Shown: positions 28,788 through 38,265, numbered from the stretch's first letter. The stretch: 64,000 nt of DNA from an uncultured Candidatus Saccharibacteria bacterium (GCA_964566135.1 CAZMHM010000001.1:197829-261828); one strand, 5' to 3'. Numbers and translations: made by a program. Notes: generated by a model from the sequence alone, not told the origin.

Positions 28788-29123
28788 GTGAAAAAAGCGC
28801 AACAAGGCTTTTCGGTTGTAGAGGTACTCATAATCGTCGTCGTACTTCTTGTTGTTGGGGGCGTTGGGTATTTTGCAGTGTCGAAAATCACTAAATCTAC
28901 AAAGAAAACAGATACGACCACAAGCACACAATCTAAATCTGGCTCTTCGTCTGCTACGCCAGCAGCCGGTACGAGCGCGAGCATTGACTTATTAACAGCA
29001 CAAGACGCAAGTAGTGAAGCAGCGATTGATAGTAAGTATGCTCAGGGCGAACAAACAACAGCAGCAAGCACGAATACTGCAGTATCAAATGTAGGAGGCT
29101 CAATTGATGAAACGTCTCTCTAA
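28788..29123 (+). CDS. type IV pilin/pseudopilin-like protein
   Basis: N-terminal MKKAQQGFSVVEVLIIVVVLLVVGG fits the prepilin cleavage/methylation motif (G|FxxxE plus hydrophobic helix). GTG start. Confidence 0.7.
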   Translation: MKKAQQGFSVVEVLIIVVVLLVVGGVGYFAVSKITKSTKKTDTTTSTQSKSGSSSATPAAGTSASIDLLTAQDASSEAAIDSKYAQGEQTTAASTNTAVSNVGGSIDETSL

Positions 29124-29898
29124 AAACCGTATTGCTTCAATTATTTCATCTGTTGTTGCCGTACCGTTGTTTGCAATTGCTCCTGCTGCTGCAGCACTCT
29201 CTACTGGCGGTCCATCAGTAGCACAGTCGGTAAAGGAAACCAGCCCATTTTGTACCAACATTGTTAGCAATGTTGGTAAAATTAATTCGAGCTTGAACGC
29301 TGCAAAACTTAAAGTTGATGAAGCTCGCACCGAACGTGTCGCCACGCAAACCGCTAACCGCGCTAAGTGGGACCAAGAACTAGCAGCTAACCGCGCTAAG
29401 TGGGACCAGCAACGTCAGGAAAACTTTACAAAGCTAGAAGCAAAAGCAACGACGGATGCCCAGAAAACTGCGGTTCAAACCTATAAAAAAGCCATTACTG
29501 ATGCAATCAGTACTCGACGGGCAACAAACGATAAGGCTCGAGCCGATTTTCGATCCGCAGTTGATAGCCTTATATCTGGTCAGAATTCGACTGTTAACGC
29601 ACAATCGGTTATCTTAACAACGACAATCTCGACAGCAATCTCGACAGCACAAGCCGCTTGTTACGCCACGCCAGCTGAAGGCGCAACAATCCGCACCACT
29701 CTACAAGCAGGCATCAAGACTGCTAAAGAAACGTTTAATAACGCCCGAAAGTCAGATTCAAACCTTGGCGATCAAATCCAAAAACTGGCCGAAACTCGTA
29801 ATACCACTATCAAAGCCAATGACAGTGCCTTTGAAGCAGCAGCAAAAGCAGCCCGCGATACGCTTAAGGCTGCCTTTGGCACTAATGCCACAATATAA
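29107..29898 (+). CDS. secreted alpha-helical repeat protein, unknown function
   Basis: AGGAGG lies 8 nt upstream of ATG 29107. Signal peptide ending AIAPAAAA. Tandem ANRAKWDQ units. Confidence 0.55.
   Translation: MKRLSKNRIASIISSVVAVPLFAIAPAAAALSTGGPSVAQSVKETSPFCTNIVSNVGKINSSLNAAKLKVDEARTERVATQTANRAKWDQELAANRAKWDQQRQENFTKLEAKATTDAQKTAVQTYKKAITDAISTRRATNDKARADFRSAVDSLISGQNSTVNAQSVILTTTISTAISTAQAACYATPAEGATIRTTLQAGIKTAKETFNNARKSDSNLGDQIQKLAETRNTTIKANDSAFEAAAKAARDTLKAAFGTNATI
29353..29408 (+). repeat. 23-bp perfect direct repeat with 33-bp period (coding)
   Basis: GCTAACCGCGCTAAGTGGGACCA occurs at 29353-29375 and 29386-29408. Confidence 0.9.
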
Positions 29899-30453
29899 AT
29901 GTCAGATACGTTGTTTATACCAATTATAGAAGGCACCACGCGCCCTAAGCGGCAATCTATGCTGGCAGCACAGCTCATACAGAACATGGCGAACATGCGT
30001 GAGGATATTACGGTCCAACTTATTCAGCCAAGTGACTTTACCTTGCCATTTGATGGTAACGATTATGAAAACCGAGACCCTGCATATACCGATATTACCG
30101 CCCGCGCAGATGGCTTTATTATTGTCGTACCCGAATACAACCACAGTTATCCGGGTAGCTTAAAGCGACTTTTAGATAGCGAATTTGATAACTACAAGCA
30201 CAAGCCTGTCATTTTTGCCGGTGTATCAAATGGCGGATGGGGCGGGGTACGAGCTATAGAATCACTCCTGCATCCGGTACGCACCATGGGGCTTATTACT
30301 ACGAGTACCGACATTCAGTTCCCGCGTATCCAAGACCTATTTGATGAAAATGGCGAACTAAAAGCCGAACATTCCGAAAAATATGATCGGACCATTCATG
30401 GCGCCATAGACGAACTTGTTTGGCTAGCCACCGCACTAAAAAACGCCAAGTAG
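29899..30453 (+). CDS. NADPH-dependent FMN reductase family protein
   Basis: FIIVVPEYNHSYPGSLKRLLD is the FMN_red core motif. Confidence 0.85.
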   Translation: MSDTLFIPIIEGTTRPKRQSMLAAQLIQNMANMREDITVQLIQPSDFTLPFDGNDYENRDPAYTDITARADGFIIVVPEYNHSYPGSLKRLLDSEFDNYKHKPVIFAGVSNGGWGGVRAIESLLHPVRTMGLITTSTDIQFPRIQDLFDENGELKAEHSEKYDRTIHGAIDELVWLATALKNAK

Positions 30454-30478
30454 TCTTACACACTACTAATTTGATATT

Positions 30479-31126
30479 TTAGAGCTCTGATTCGTCATCA
30501 AAGTAGTCTTCGGCATCTTCACGTGTATCTGGGTCCAAAAACATAGGAATACGAGTTGCACCATCGGCACGGGCACGTATTACTGCACGATAATGTCCAA
30601 ATCTTTCTGTTTTGCCATGAACAAGAATAGAATGGTCAACCAACTTATGTGCTTTTTCACCCCATTCGGCATCCCCAGTCGCTTGCCTACGTGCAGCATA
30701 CATATCGGCACACGTCAGCAGCACAGGCTCCTGGTGATAGGTAGCCACAAAAGCATCATCTTTTATTAAATCAAGAACTTGCTCTACCATATTCGCTTCT
30801 GCTGCCGCTATACCATAATCGGCAAGCAACGAGCTCTTGTTGTGGCTAGTACTAATAGTGAGATTTACTAAACCAAACCCTTTGCTAAATAAATCATCAG
30901 CTTCAAGCCCAATACTCTGCAAAAATGCCAAGATACCCTTTAATACGCCCCGTCTACCGGTATCTTCATTTGGCTCCATGCTGCGCGTTCTATCATCTAA
31001 ACCCCTGATAATATCCATTGCAACCCTGGTCCAATTATCACCGGCGTCGGCTAATTGCTGGGCAGTACGATCCATTATTGGTTGTGCAGGATCCTGCCAC
31101 ACTCGTGATTCTAACGTTTCTGTCAT
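30479..31126 (-). CDS. hypothetical cytoplasmic protein with acidic C-terminus
   Basis: 215-aa ORF, GGAG upstream, no recognisable motif. GC is somewhat above baseline. Confidence 0.55.
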   Translation of the reverse strand: MTETLESRVWQDPAQPIMDRTAQQLADAGDNWTRVAMDIIRGLDDRTRSMEPNEDTGRRGVLKGILAFLQSIGLEADDLFSKGFGLVNLTISTSHNKSSLLADYGIAAAEANMVEQVLDLIKDDAFVATYHQEPVLLTCADMYAARRQATGDAEWGEKAHKLVDHSILVHGKTERFGHYRAVIRARADGATRIPMFLDPDTREDAEDYFDDESEL

Positions 31127-31273
31127 GATTACTCCTTTGGATTGTAATTATTAGTGTTTGGCGCCTGTAATGCAAGCATGAGCACTACTGTTTCAATATG
31201 TAAGTAATATTGACTTTATGCAATATTTATATAATAGTATTTTTGTTATCGGTAACTCCAACGTGGAGGTGGC

Positions 31274-31456
31274 ATGCCCAGGACTACGAAGGGTAGGGGC
31301 AAGCATCGCGAACCCATCAATTACGACGCACTGATGGCGGAGCTCCAGAGCAAGAGCCCCAGACAGGGCGAACGGGACGGCATTCCGCCGCAGTACCGCC
31401 CAGACACCGACGATGCACAAACCAGCCAGCAGGAGGCACACGAGTTCGCCGGCTAG
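31274..31456 (+). CDS. 60-aa highly charged, probably disordered protein in a high-GC patch (tentative)
   Basis: GGAGGT lies 4 nt upstream of the ATG. About 65% GC. Followed by the CCCCGCCC...GGGCGGGG inverted repeat. Confidence 0.4.
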   Translation: MPRTTKGRGKHREPINYDALMAELQSKSPRQGERDGIPPQYRPDTDDAQTSQQEAHEFAG

Positions 31457-31555
31457 CCCATCAAGGGCCCGCGAATCACAACCCCGCCCAATCGCCGTAA
31501 TTCACGACGAGAGGGCGGGGCTTCGCATTTTACGTATAATTCCCAACAATACCAA

Positions 31556-31590
31556 AATAAAAAACACCCTCACGAGGTGGGTGGCTTTAT
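31556..31590 (-). terminator. terminator downstream of tRNA-Glu
   Basis: Minus sense: CACCCACCTCGTGAGGGTG hairpin followed by TTTTTTATTTT. Confidence 0.6.
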
Positions 31591-31591
31591 T

Positions 31592-31666
<75 letters not shown>

Positions 31667-31731
31667 AAACGGTTGATAAATCAGAGTGAATTTTAGCAAA
31701 TAACAGATAAAAAGTCTACAGAGTCAGTCGT

Positions 31732-33741
31732 TTAAAAGAACAGTTTGCCAATGATTACATAGCGAATAGCAAGGCCAGCAGCAGCAACGATGCCCATAAA
31801 ACCGCCGCCATACACAGCGGGTTTTGACTTAACTTCGTTCACTGCCGCGCGGGGAAAAGGATTCTCAATTGCTATGTCCTGGGTTTTTATAACACCATCT
31901 TCTTCGACGGTAATAGTGTGTTTACCATTTGTTAAATCCGACGCGTTTACGGTATTAGAAGGCTGAATTTTGCCATCAATCTTTACGGTAATTGCATTAC
32001 CTTCTTTTGCTGGAGCAATAACAAGGTTACCGCCCTTAACTGGAATTGGCTCTGCTGTTGGAGTTGATCCAAGTGTAATTGTAGTAGTTGGCGTGCCACC
32101 GCCAGTTGGTACAGTAACAACCGGTTCTGAAGGACCAGGTGTTGGCGACGGGGTGGGACTAGGTGTAGGTGTTGGCGACGGGGTGGGAGCTGGGGTGGGA
32201 GCTGCTGCGGCGAATGTAGTACCGTTTCGTAAAGTCGACACAAAATGGTACTGCAAATCTTGTACAGCAGGTGTATTTGTAACGGTAAACGTAGAGGTTA
32301 CATCCTGAATTTTATGACTATTACGATCCAAGCTCGCATACACGCTTCCATTCGCAAGAGGATATGTTTTGGCGCTGATGCCGGCAGGGGCATTATATGT
32401 GTATACGTTTGAACCAATCTTGACCGTGACATCACCAGCTGCAAGCAAGATACTTAAAATCTCTACAGTATCCCGTGCCGGGCTCGAGCCACCTCTTAGC
32501 GCCATAAGTTTCGTCTGCCCGCCCGTAGGTTTAGCGCTAACAGGTTGTGTACGGTGTGATACATATAGCACATCACGTTTCAGCGCGGGCCAACTACCCG
32601 TTTTAAAGCGCGTAAGATAGTACGATGTTATATCAAGTGGTGCCCAGTTGTTATGAAGAGAAGGCGATACCTGCGCTCCTTCAGAATAGTCATTCCATGT
32701 AGGTATCTGCACCCAGTCTGCTCCGCTTATTGCGGCATTCCATGTAAGGCGCAAGTTTTCGGTATTGTTTGCCTCGTCATAAATACTTTGATTTGGGCGT
32801 TCATCTTGTACGCTCACAGGTTGCATCCAGATCTTTCCTTTTGCATGTGCGTCATTGATGGTTCCTGTTAGGCTGGCGTTTGAGGCAGGGCTACGATTAC
32901 CCCAGTTGCTAAACCCATAGCTAAATGGAGCAAAAGCGGCCGCATTGGCGCCATAATTCAGAAAACATGGCACAAGTGCAACATTCATGCCATATGAGTT
33001 TTTCATAGTATTCACAAAATTCTGCCACCACGCCGCCCCTTGTTTCTCGGGTGCAAATGGCGAAATTACAACTCTGCCATCTGACAGTTTAAATAGCGCC
33101 GAAGAATCTTTGACACTCCCAATTGCTGCTGCTAATGCATTACTATCGCTTGTCGCCGACGCGGTACCGTCTGGCATTAGAATCATCTTAAAGTTAGCGT
33201 CAACTTGAGGTGCCGCCTGAAGCAACAGCTGTACCCGTTGCCAGTGTGTACTCGTACTACCAACACTTAGCAAATCGACCGTAAAACCATCTAAGCCCGC
33301 TTCTGTTGCACGCCTAATTTCTGTCTTCATATCCTCTAATTGATAGTTGCTTGCAATCGGCGACCGGGCAAGAGGCCTATCACGCAATAGTCCTCCATAT
33401 GCCGCGTGCTTACCACTCTCACCGTTAGGGTTTAAGTACCCATTCGTGTAGTAATCTGATGCAGAAGCTTTATTGTCTAGCGAAATAGGATACGAAGTAA
33501 AATAGTGTGCGAAAACTTTTTTGCTTGACCCCTTTAGCGTCGCATTAGCAGGCAAATCAAACGGAAGTGCAGCACTTGCCGCACCTGAGTTAGGTGGTGC
33601 ATTTCGCCACGCTGCATAAAAGGCAAAGCTTGCAACAAAAATAAGTCCTGCAAATAACCACCAGTGTGATTCTAACCACGCTAAACGGCTAGTTTTCTGC
33701 ACTGACCTGGGCGAACTTTTTAGACGATTTTTACGGGCCAT
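31732..33741 (-). CDS. surface-anchored glycoside hydrolase, GH71-like (alpha-1,3-glucanase-like), with PT linker, Ig-like module and C-terminal TM
   Basis: N-terminal TM. VFAHYFTSYPISLDN, GLDGFTVDLLS and IPTWNDYSEG resemble GH71-type glucanases as I recall them. Linker APTPAPTPSPTPTPSPTPSPTPGP. C-terminal TM. Confidence 0.55.
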   Translation of the reverse strand: MARKNRLKSSPRSVQKTSRLAWLESHWWLFAGLIFVASFAFYAAWRNAPPNSGAASAALPFDLPANATLKGSSKKVFAHYFTSYPISLDNKASASDYYTNGYLNPNGESGKHAAYGGLLRDRPLARSPIASNYQLEDMKTEIRRATEAGLDGFTVDLLSVGSTSTHWQRVQLLLQAAPQVDANFKMILMPDGTASATSDSNALAAAIGSVKDSSALFKLSDGRVVISPFAPEKQGAAWWQNFVNTMKNSYGMNVALVPCFLNYGANAAAFAPFSYGFSNWGNRSPASNASLTGTINDAHAKGKIWMQPVSVQDERPNQSIYDEANNTENLRLTWNAAISGADWVQIPTWNDYSEGAQVSPSLHNNWAPLDITSYYLTRFKTGSWPALKRDVLYVSHRTQPVSAKPTGGQTKLMALRGGSSPARDTVEILSILLAAGDVTVKIGSNVYTYNAPAGISAKTYPLANGSVYASLDRNSHKIQDVTSTFTVTNTPAVQDLQYHFVSTLRNGTTFAAAAPTPAPTPSPTPTPSPTPSPTPGPSEPVVTVPTGGGTPTTTITLGSTPTAEPIPVKGGNLVIAPAKEGNAITVKIDGKIQPSNTVNASDLTNGKHTITVEEDGVIKTQDIAIENPFPRAAVNEVKSKPAVYGGGFMGIVAAAGLAIRYVIIGKLFF

Positions 33742-33864
33742 TTGTTTTATATATTTACGTTATCTACACTTAGCATAGCATATTCGGTAACACCCCTGTT
33801 TTTTACTTGCTTTTTATTGCGTTAGCATCGATAATAAATATTAAGTTAGCATAAGAATAAAAGG

Positions 33865-35151
33865 GTGGGTATTCAAACTATAATGTTTGGACTTGGAAAA
33901 AACGAAAATGCAAAAACTCCGTCTGGCACCAGCCTGGCGAGTAGTTTGCATGACGAAAAAGCCAAATCAGAAATAATTCTTAATTCAATCGATGACGGCG
34001 TCATACTACTGGACACAAATCGGACAATTCAATTATTTAATAAAGCTGCCGAAAAAATAACTGGTTGGCCACAAAAAGACGCACTCGGGCTCGATTACAA
34101 ATCTGTCATCAAAATGATTGATGACAAAAATGAGCCTTATACCCCCGAACAAGACCCGCTTGAGCGTATCTTTAGCGAGATTGCGCCGATTCGTGACAAT
34201 ACCGGTAACTTAAAGACCCAAGGCGAAAAAACGGTTGCAATATCAATGAGCGTCAGTCCACTTATTAGCCAAAATAATGAGATTACCGGCGCCGTAGCAG
34301 TCTTTCGTGATGTCACCAGCGAACGTCAAGAAGAAAAGCAACGTGCCGAATTTATCAGTACTGCAAGCCACGAGATGCGCACACCCGTGGCTGCGATAGA
34401 AGGTTACTTAGCGCTTGCCATGAACGAACGTGTTGCCCGTATCGATAGCAAAGCGCGCGAGTATCTTGAAAAAGCACATGCTAGCACCGAACATCTTGGC
34501 AAATTATTCCAGGATCTATTGACTAGTGCCAAGGCAGAGGATGGTCGCCTACAAAACCATCCTGTAGTTGTTGAAATGGGTGAATTTTTGCAGCAACTCA
34601 CCGAAGATATGCGCTTTACCGCCGAAAAAAAGGGCTTGGCTGTCGACTTTTTAATCGGCGCGAGCGCAGAGGATGCACTCAGCTCAAAAGCGGGTGGCTC
34701 GATGAAATTGGTACGACCGTTGTACTACATTCATGCTGACCCAGATCGTTTGCGAGAAGTTATTGTTAACCTGTTTGATAACGCCATTAAATACACCGAA
34801 GCGGGTAAGATTACCATTGGCCTAGCAGGCGATGATAATGTCGTGCAAGTACGAGTACAAGATACAGGTAATGGCATCCCCTCAGAGGACGTCCCACATC
34901 TATTCGAAAAATTCTACCGTGTCGATAACACCGCAACTCGTACCATTGGCGGTACGGGTCTTGGTTTGTTTATTTGTCGTAAAATTGTCGAGCTGTACAG
35001 TGGCCGAATCTGGGTAACAAGTGAGTTAAATAAAGGTAGTACCTTCTTTATTAACTTACCACGAATTTCCTCAGAACGGGCACGAGATTTACAGATTAAA
35101 GAAGCTGCACAAAGCCAACCAACCGGCATAACGCAAGCCACAAAAGTTTAA
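33865..35151 (+). CDS. cytoplasmic PAS-domain sensor histidine kinase
   Basis: PAS (ILNSIDDGVILLD...), H-box SHEMRTPVAAIEGY, NAIKYT, GGTGLGLFICRKIVELYSGRIWVTSELNKGSTFFINLP. The start could instead be ATG 33883. Confidence 0.9.
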   Translation: MGIQTIMFGLGKNENAKTPSGTSLASSLHDEKAKSEIILNSIDDGVILLDTNRTIQLFNKAAEKITGWPQKDALGLDYKSVIKMIDDKNEPYTPEQDPLERIFSEIAPIRDNTGNLKTQGEKTVAISMSVSPLISQNNEITGAVAVFRDVTSERQEEKQRAEFISTASHEMRTPVAAIEGYLALAMNERVARIDSKAREYLEKAHASTEHLGKLFQDLLTSAKAEDGRLQNHPVVVEMGEFLQQLTEDMRFTAEKKGLAVDFLIGASAEDALSSKAGGSMKLVRPLYYIHADPDRLREVIVNLFDNAIKYTEAGKITIGLAGDDNVVQVRVQDTGNGIPSEDVPHLFEKFYRVDNTATRTIGGTGLGLFICRKIVELYSGRIWVTSELNKGSTFFINLPRISSERARDLQIKEAAQSQPTGITQATKV

Positions 35152-35229
35152 GTAGTAACAAAGTGTTTGCCATCATGCTACAATACAATCAAATTAAGCA
35201 AAAGCGTTAAACAGGGGTAGTAACGAGAT

Positions 35230-36663
35230 ATGCCAAAAATTATGCTTGTCGAGGACGACAATAATCTACGAGAAATATACGGCGAACGGCTCATGGCCGA
35301 AGGTTACGAAATAGTGTCAGCCGGAGACGGCGAGGAAGCACTTGCGCTTGCAGTTAAAGAAAAACCAGATCTTATTATTAGCGATGTTATGATGCCGAAA
35401 ATTAGCGGCTTTGACATGCTAGATATTTTGCGCCAAACGCCAGAAACCAAAGATACTAAAGTTATCATGATGACCGCACTGAGCCAAAGCGAAGATAAAG
35501 ATCGCGCCGATAAGCTCGGTGCCGATAAATACTTAGTCAAATCGCAAGTTACCCTAGAAGACGTCGCCCGCGTCGTGCATGATTTACTATACGGCGCCGA
35601 AGAATCAACCCCTGAAACAGCTAGTGCCGGTCCAGAGACAGCTACCCAAGCACCAGTCGTTACTGCACCCGCACCCGTTGCCGAAGCACCAGAAGCCGAG
35701 ACTGCTGTTGTCGAGCCAACAGTTGTTGCTCCACAAGCAGTAGCCGAACCACCAGCTGATCCGGTAGTCACAGATACTGCTACGCCCGCCGTAGCTGCCC
35801 CTACAGCCGATAATCCCATTCCTGCAACAGAAGAACCCGACAATGATGGAGAACCTGTTGTTCTACCACCAGCTGCGCCCGAAGCCGCACCCGTTGCCGA
35901 AGCACCAGAAGCCGAGACTGCTGTTGTCGAGCCAACAGTTGTTGCTCCACAAGCAGTAGCCGAACCTGAAGCAGCGCCGGCAGAGGCACCAGTCATTAAT
36001 CCAATTGTCGGAGTTGCAGCAGAGGCGGTAGCGCCAGCAAGCAATGGTGTTGAATCCGCAACCGCACAAAGCACCGAAGACGAAACGCAACAGATAACCG
36101 ACCAAATTAACCAATTTGTAAATGCACAATTAGCCGAAGAGCCAAAACACGAAGAACCACTCGTAGAGCCAAGCGAACAAGATTTAATTCACGCCCAGAA
36201 CGAGGTAGAAGCACCAACTGTTATTCAACCTGCCGTTGACCCAACAGTTCCACAAGTCGTTACTGACGACAGTGATGCAAGCAATCCAGAGCCAGCTAGT
36301 GCCCGCAAGAAAGTAATCTCACCACTGAATGATCCTACTACGAGCGGACCAAACATCAACGAACTATACGAACAAGAAATGGCTAAAGAAGCCGCTGACA
36401 GCCCAGTAATCAACCCTGGGGCAGGCGCAACACTTGATGCGCCCGTAACAAATAACCCTATCGTGGGCAACCCAGAAGCAATCCAAGCGCCAGCAGCGCT
36501 CGAAACAATTGATGTAAGCCAAATAGAAGGCCTTAGCGTTGGCGAAGAGCAGCCATTAGCACCACCACCATCTCCAATTGCGGCAGCAACAGTTACGCCA
36601 CAAGCGCCAGCAGCAGAAGAAAAGCCAGTTGACCCTAATGACCCAGCTAGTTTTGCTCTATAA
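35230..36663 (+). CDS. response regulator receiver fused to a ~350-aa Pro/Ala/Glu-rich low-complexity tail
   Basis: Receiver: IMLVEDD, DLIISDVMMPKISGFD, KYLVKS. The rest has no recognisable output domain. Confidence 0.85.
   Translation: MPKIMLVEDDNNLREIYGERLMAEGYEIVSAGDGEEALALAVKEKPDLIISDVMMPKISGFDMLDILRQTPETKDTKVIMMTALSQSEDKDRADKLGADKYLVKSQVTLEDVARVVHDLLYGAEESTPETASAGPETATQAPVVTAPAPVAEAPEAETAVVEPTVVAPQAVAEPPADPVVTDTATPAVAAPTADNPIPATEEPDNDGEPVVLPPAAPEAAPVAEAPEAETAVVEPTVVAPQAVAEPEAAPAEAPVINPIVGVAAEAVAPASNGVESATAQSTEDETQQITDQINQFVNAQLAEEPKHEEPLVEPSEQDLIHAQNEVEAPTVIQPAVDPTVPQVVTDDSDASNPEPASARKKVISPLNDPTTSGPNINELYEQEMAKEAADSPVINPGAGATLDAPVTNNPIVGNPEAIQAPAALETIDVSQIEGLSVGEEQPLAPPPSPIAAATVTPQAPAAEEKPVDPNDPASFAL
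35671..35750 (+). repeat. 80-bp perfect direct repeat, copy 1 (coding)
   Basis: Identical to 35887-35966. Encodes APVAEAPEAETAVVEPTVVAPQAVAEP. Confidence 0.95.
35887..35966 (+). repeat. 80-bp perfect direct repeat, copy 2 (coding)
   Basis: Identical to 35671-35750, offset 216 bp (72 codons, in frame). Confidence 0.95.
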
Positions 36664-36686
36664 GCAAAATACTTTACTCTTAGTAC

Positions 36687-37361
36687 GTGAGAATCAACAA
36701 ATACATTGCAGCCCGTTTGGGTATCTCTCGGCGTCGTGCCGATGAAATTATTAAAGCCGGACGCATAACCGTCGATGGGCTAGATCCATCACCCGGAACA
36801 GATGTAACTGATTCCAATACCGTGCTTATTGATGGTCGCGCACTGCCACAAGAAAAATCGTTTACATATCTGTTACTAAACAAGCCAATCGGCTATGTAT
36901 GTAGCAAAGACGGGCAGGGAAGCCGAAGCATTTATGACTTACTGCCACATACCTACGACCACCTTAACCCTGTCGGCAGACTCGATAAAGATAGTTCGGG
37001 CTTGTTGCTTATGACCAATGACGGCGAAATGCATAATAAGCTGACACATCCCTCGTACGAGAAACTCAAAGAATATCATGTGACGCTTGCAAGGCCACTC
37101 GACCCAAACGATCAAGCGCTTATTAAAAATGGCGTCCTACTAGCCGATGGCTCGAGTAAGCTCGACTTAACCGTGTGGCAACCAGGCGGTAGACACTGGA
37201 TAGTCCGCATGCACGAAGGTCGCAACAGGCAAATACGCCGTACATTCCACGCCCTAGGCTATAAAGTACTTGCGCTACACAGAACAGTATTTGGCGATTA
37301 CAGCCTTGACGATTTAGAATCTGGAAAATATAAAGAAGCTGTAGCCCCTAGCTCGCCATAA
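36687..37361 (+). CDS. S4-domain pseudouridine synthase (RsuA/RluB family)
   Basis: S4 motif INKYIAARLGISRRRADEIIKAGRITVDG. Catalytic GRLDKDSSGLLLMTNDG. GRNRQIRR. Confidence 0.88.
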   Translation: MRINKYIAARLGISRRRADEIIKAGRITVDGLDPSPGTDVTDSNTVLIDGRALPQEKSFTYLLLNKPIGYVCSKDGQGSRSIYDLLPHTYDHLNPVGRLDKDSSGLLLMTNDGEMHNKLTHPSYEKLKEYHVTLARPLDPNDQALIKNGVLLADGSSKLDLTVWQPGGRHWIVRMHEGRNRQIRRTFHALGYKVLALHRTVFGDYSLDDLESGKYKEAVAPSSP

Positions 37362-38127
37362 TGGGCGTTACTTCTTCTATCTTTTGCCCTGTATTTTTTA
37401 TCACATAGCCAAATTCACGTAAGATTTGCGCATTCGCCCAGGCATCAGCGCAATATCTCGTTAGCTCTTCGGGGCGCAATTGACGGGGGTCGCCATTGGC
37501 GTCCACGTATCGTGTTTCGGGGTCATCAGCAGTTGGCCTAAAATAATGAATGTTACCATGCGAATAACCATATTTGTCACCGAGCATGCATTCGCGATGT
37601 TGGTTATAGCCTTGTGCTTGTCCATCAGATAGCTCAAATGGCTCTATGCGAATATCGGCGCCAGAAAGTTCAAACGCGTTTCGAACGCGGCTCCTAAAGT
37701 CGTCCCCGTCAACAACCATATCGTAATCTTGTAAGGTCTTAAGCCTGTCTAGCTCATACCGTCCAGCTTGATGGTAGTCGGTAGGCCCAGAAACCTCAAG
37801 CGTGGCGCGTAAAAGCCCTTGGTGCCACTGGCCGGCAGCCAACGGCGGCACATAACTCGTAAACCACTGCTCGATACTTGGTTGTGCAATAGCTTCAATT
37901 GGAGCCTCATCGAGCAACACACCAAGTGTCATTTGCCACGCATCGTAATAATCAGGGTAAATGCGCTCTTTGTAATATGCGAGGAGCCATGGCACGAGTA
38001 CGGCTTCGTCATTGGGTATTGCCTCGAGCTCAGAATCTTTTTCTATGTGTAACATCGCTCGCCGAGCAAGAACACCAGGGGGTTCAACGCCAAATTCTAT
38101 GCCTGAAATCGGTGTTTTTTCACTCAT
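37348..38127 (-). CDS. hypothetical 259-aa cytoplasmic protein
   Basis: GGAGA upstream of the ATG. No recognisable motif. The 3' end overlaps the convergent pseudouridine synthase gene by 14 nt. Sampled GC lines range 43-65%. Confidence 0.55.
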   Translation of the reverse strand: MSEKTPISGIEFGVEPPGVLARRAMLHIEKDSELEAIPNDEAVLVPWLLAYYKERIYPDYYDAWQMTLGVLLDEAPIEAIAQPSIEQWFTSYVPPLAAGQWHQGLLRATLEVSGPTDYHQAGRYELDRLKTLQDYDMVVDGDDFRSRVRNAFELSGADIRIEPFELSDGQAQGYNQHRECMLGDKYGYSHGNIHYFRPTADDPETRYVDANGDPRQLRPEELTRYCADAWANAQILREFGYVIKNTGQKIEEVTPIMAS

Positions 38128-38199
38128 TTTTGTGTTCTCCGTCTATGTACCTGGTATACGCTCATAACGTAAAAAAAGCAATAAAAAAGAGCCGGGGCG

Positions 38200-38221
38200 G
38201 GCGTGTTGCAAGCAACACGCC
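38200..38221 (-). terminator. GC-rich perfect hairpin (possible terminator/processing site)
   Basis: GGCGTGTTGC/GCAACACGCC. A T-run follows on the minus strand, but about 11 nt away. Confidence 0.4.
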
Positions 38222-38265
38222 ACACCTCCGACCTTGCATACCCCTGATAGCATGAGTCCATAGGG

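Noticed and set aside
35304-36074. 256-aa minus-strand ORF, plus 62-aa and 88-aa ORFs, antisense to the response-regulator tail.
   Set aside because: They are low-complexity Ala/Ser/Gly/Thr mirror translations of the Pro/Ala/Glu-rich coding repeat, with no start context.
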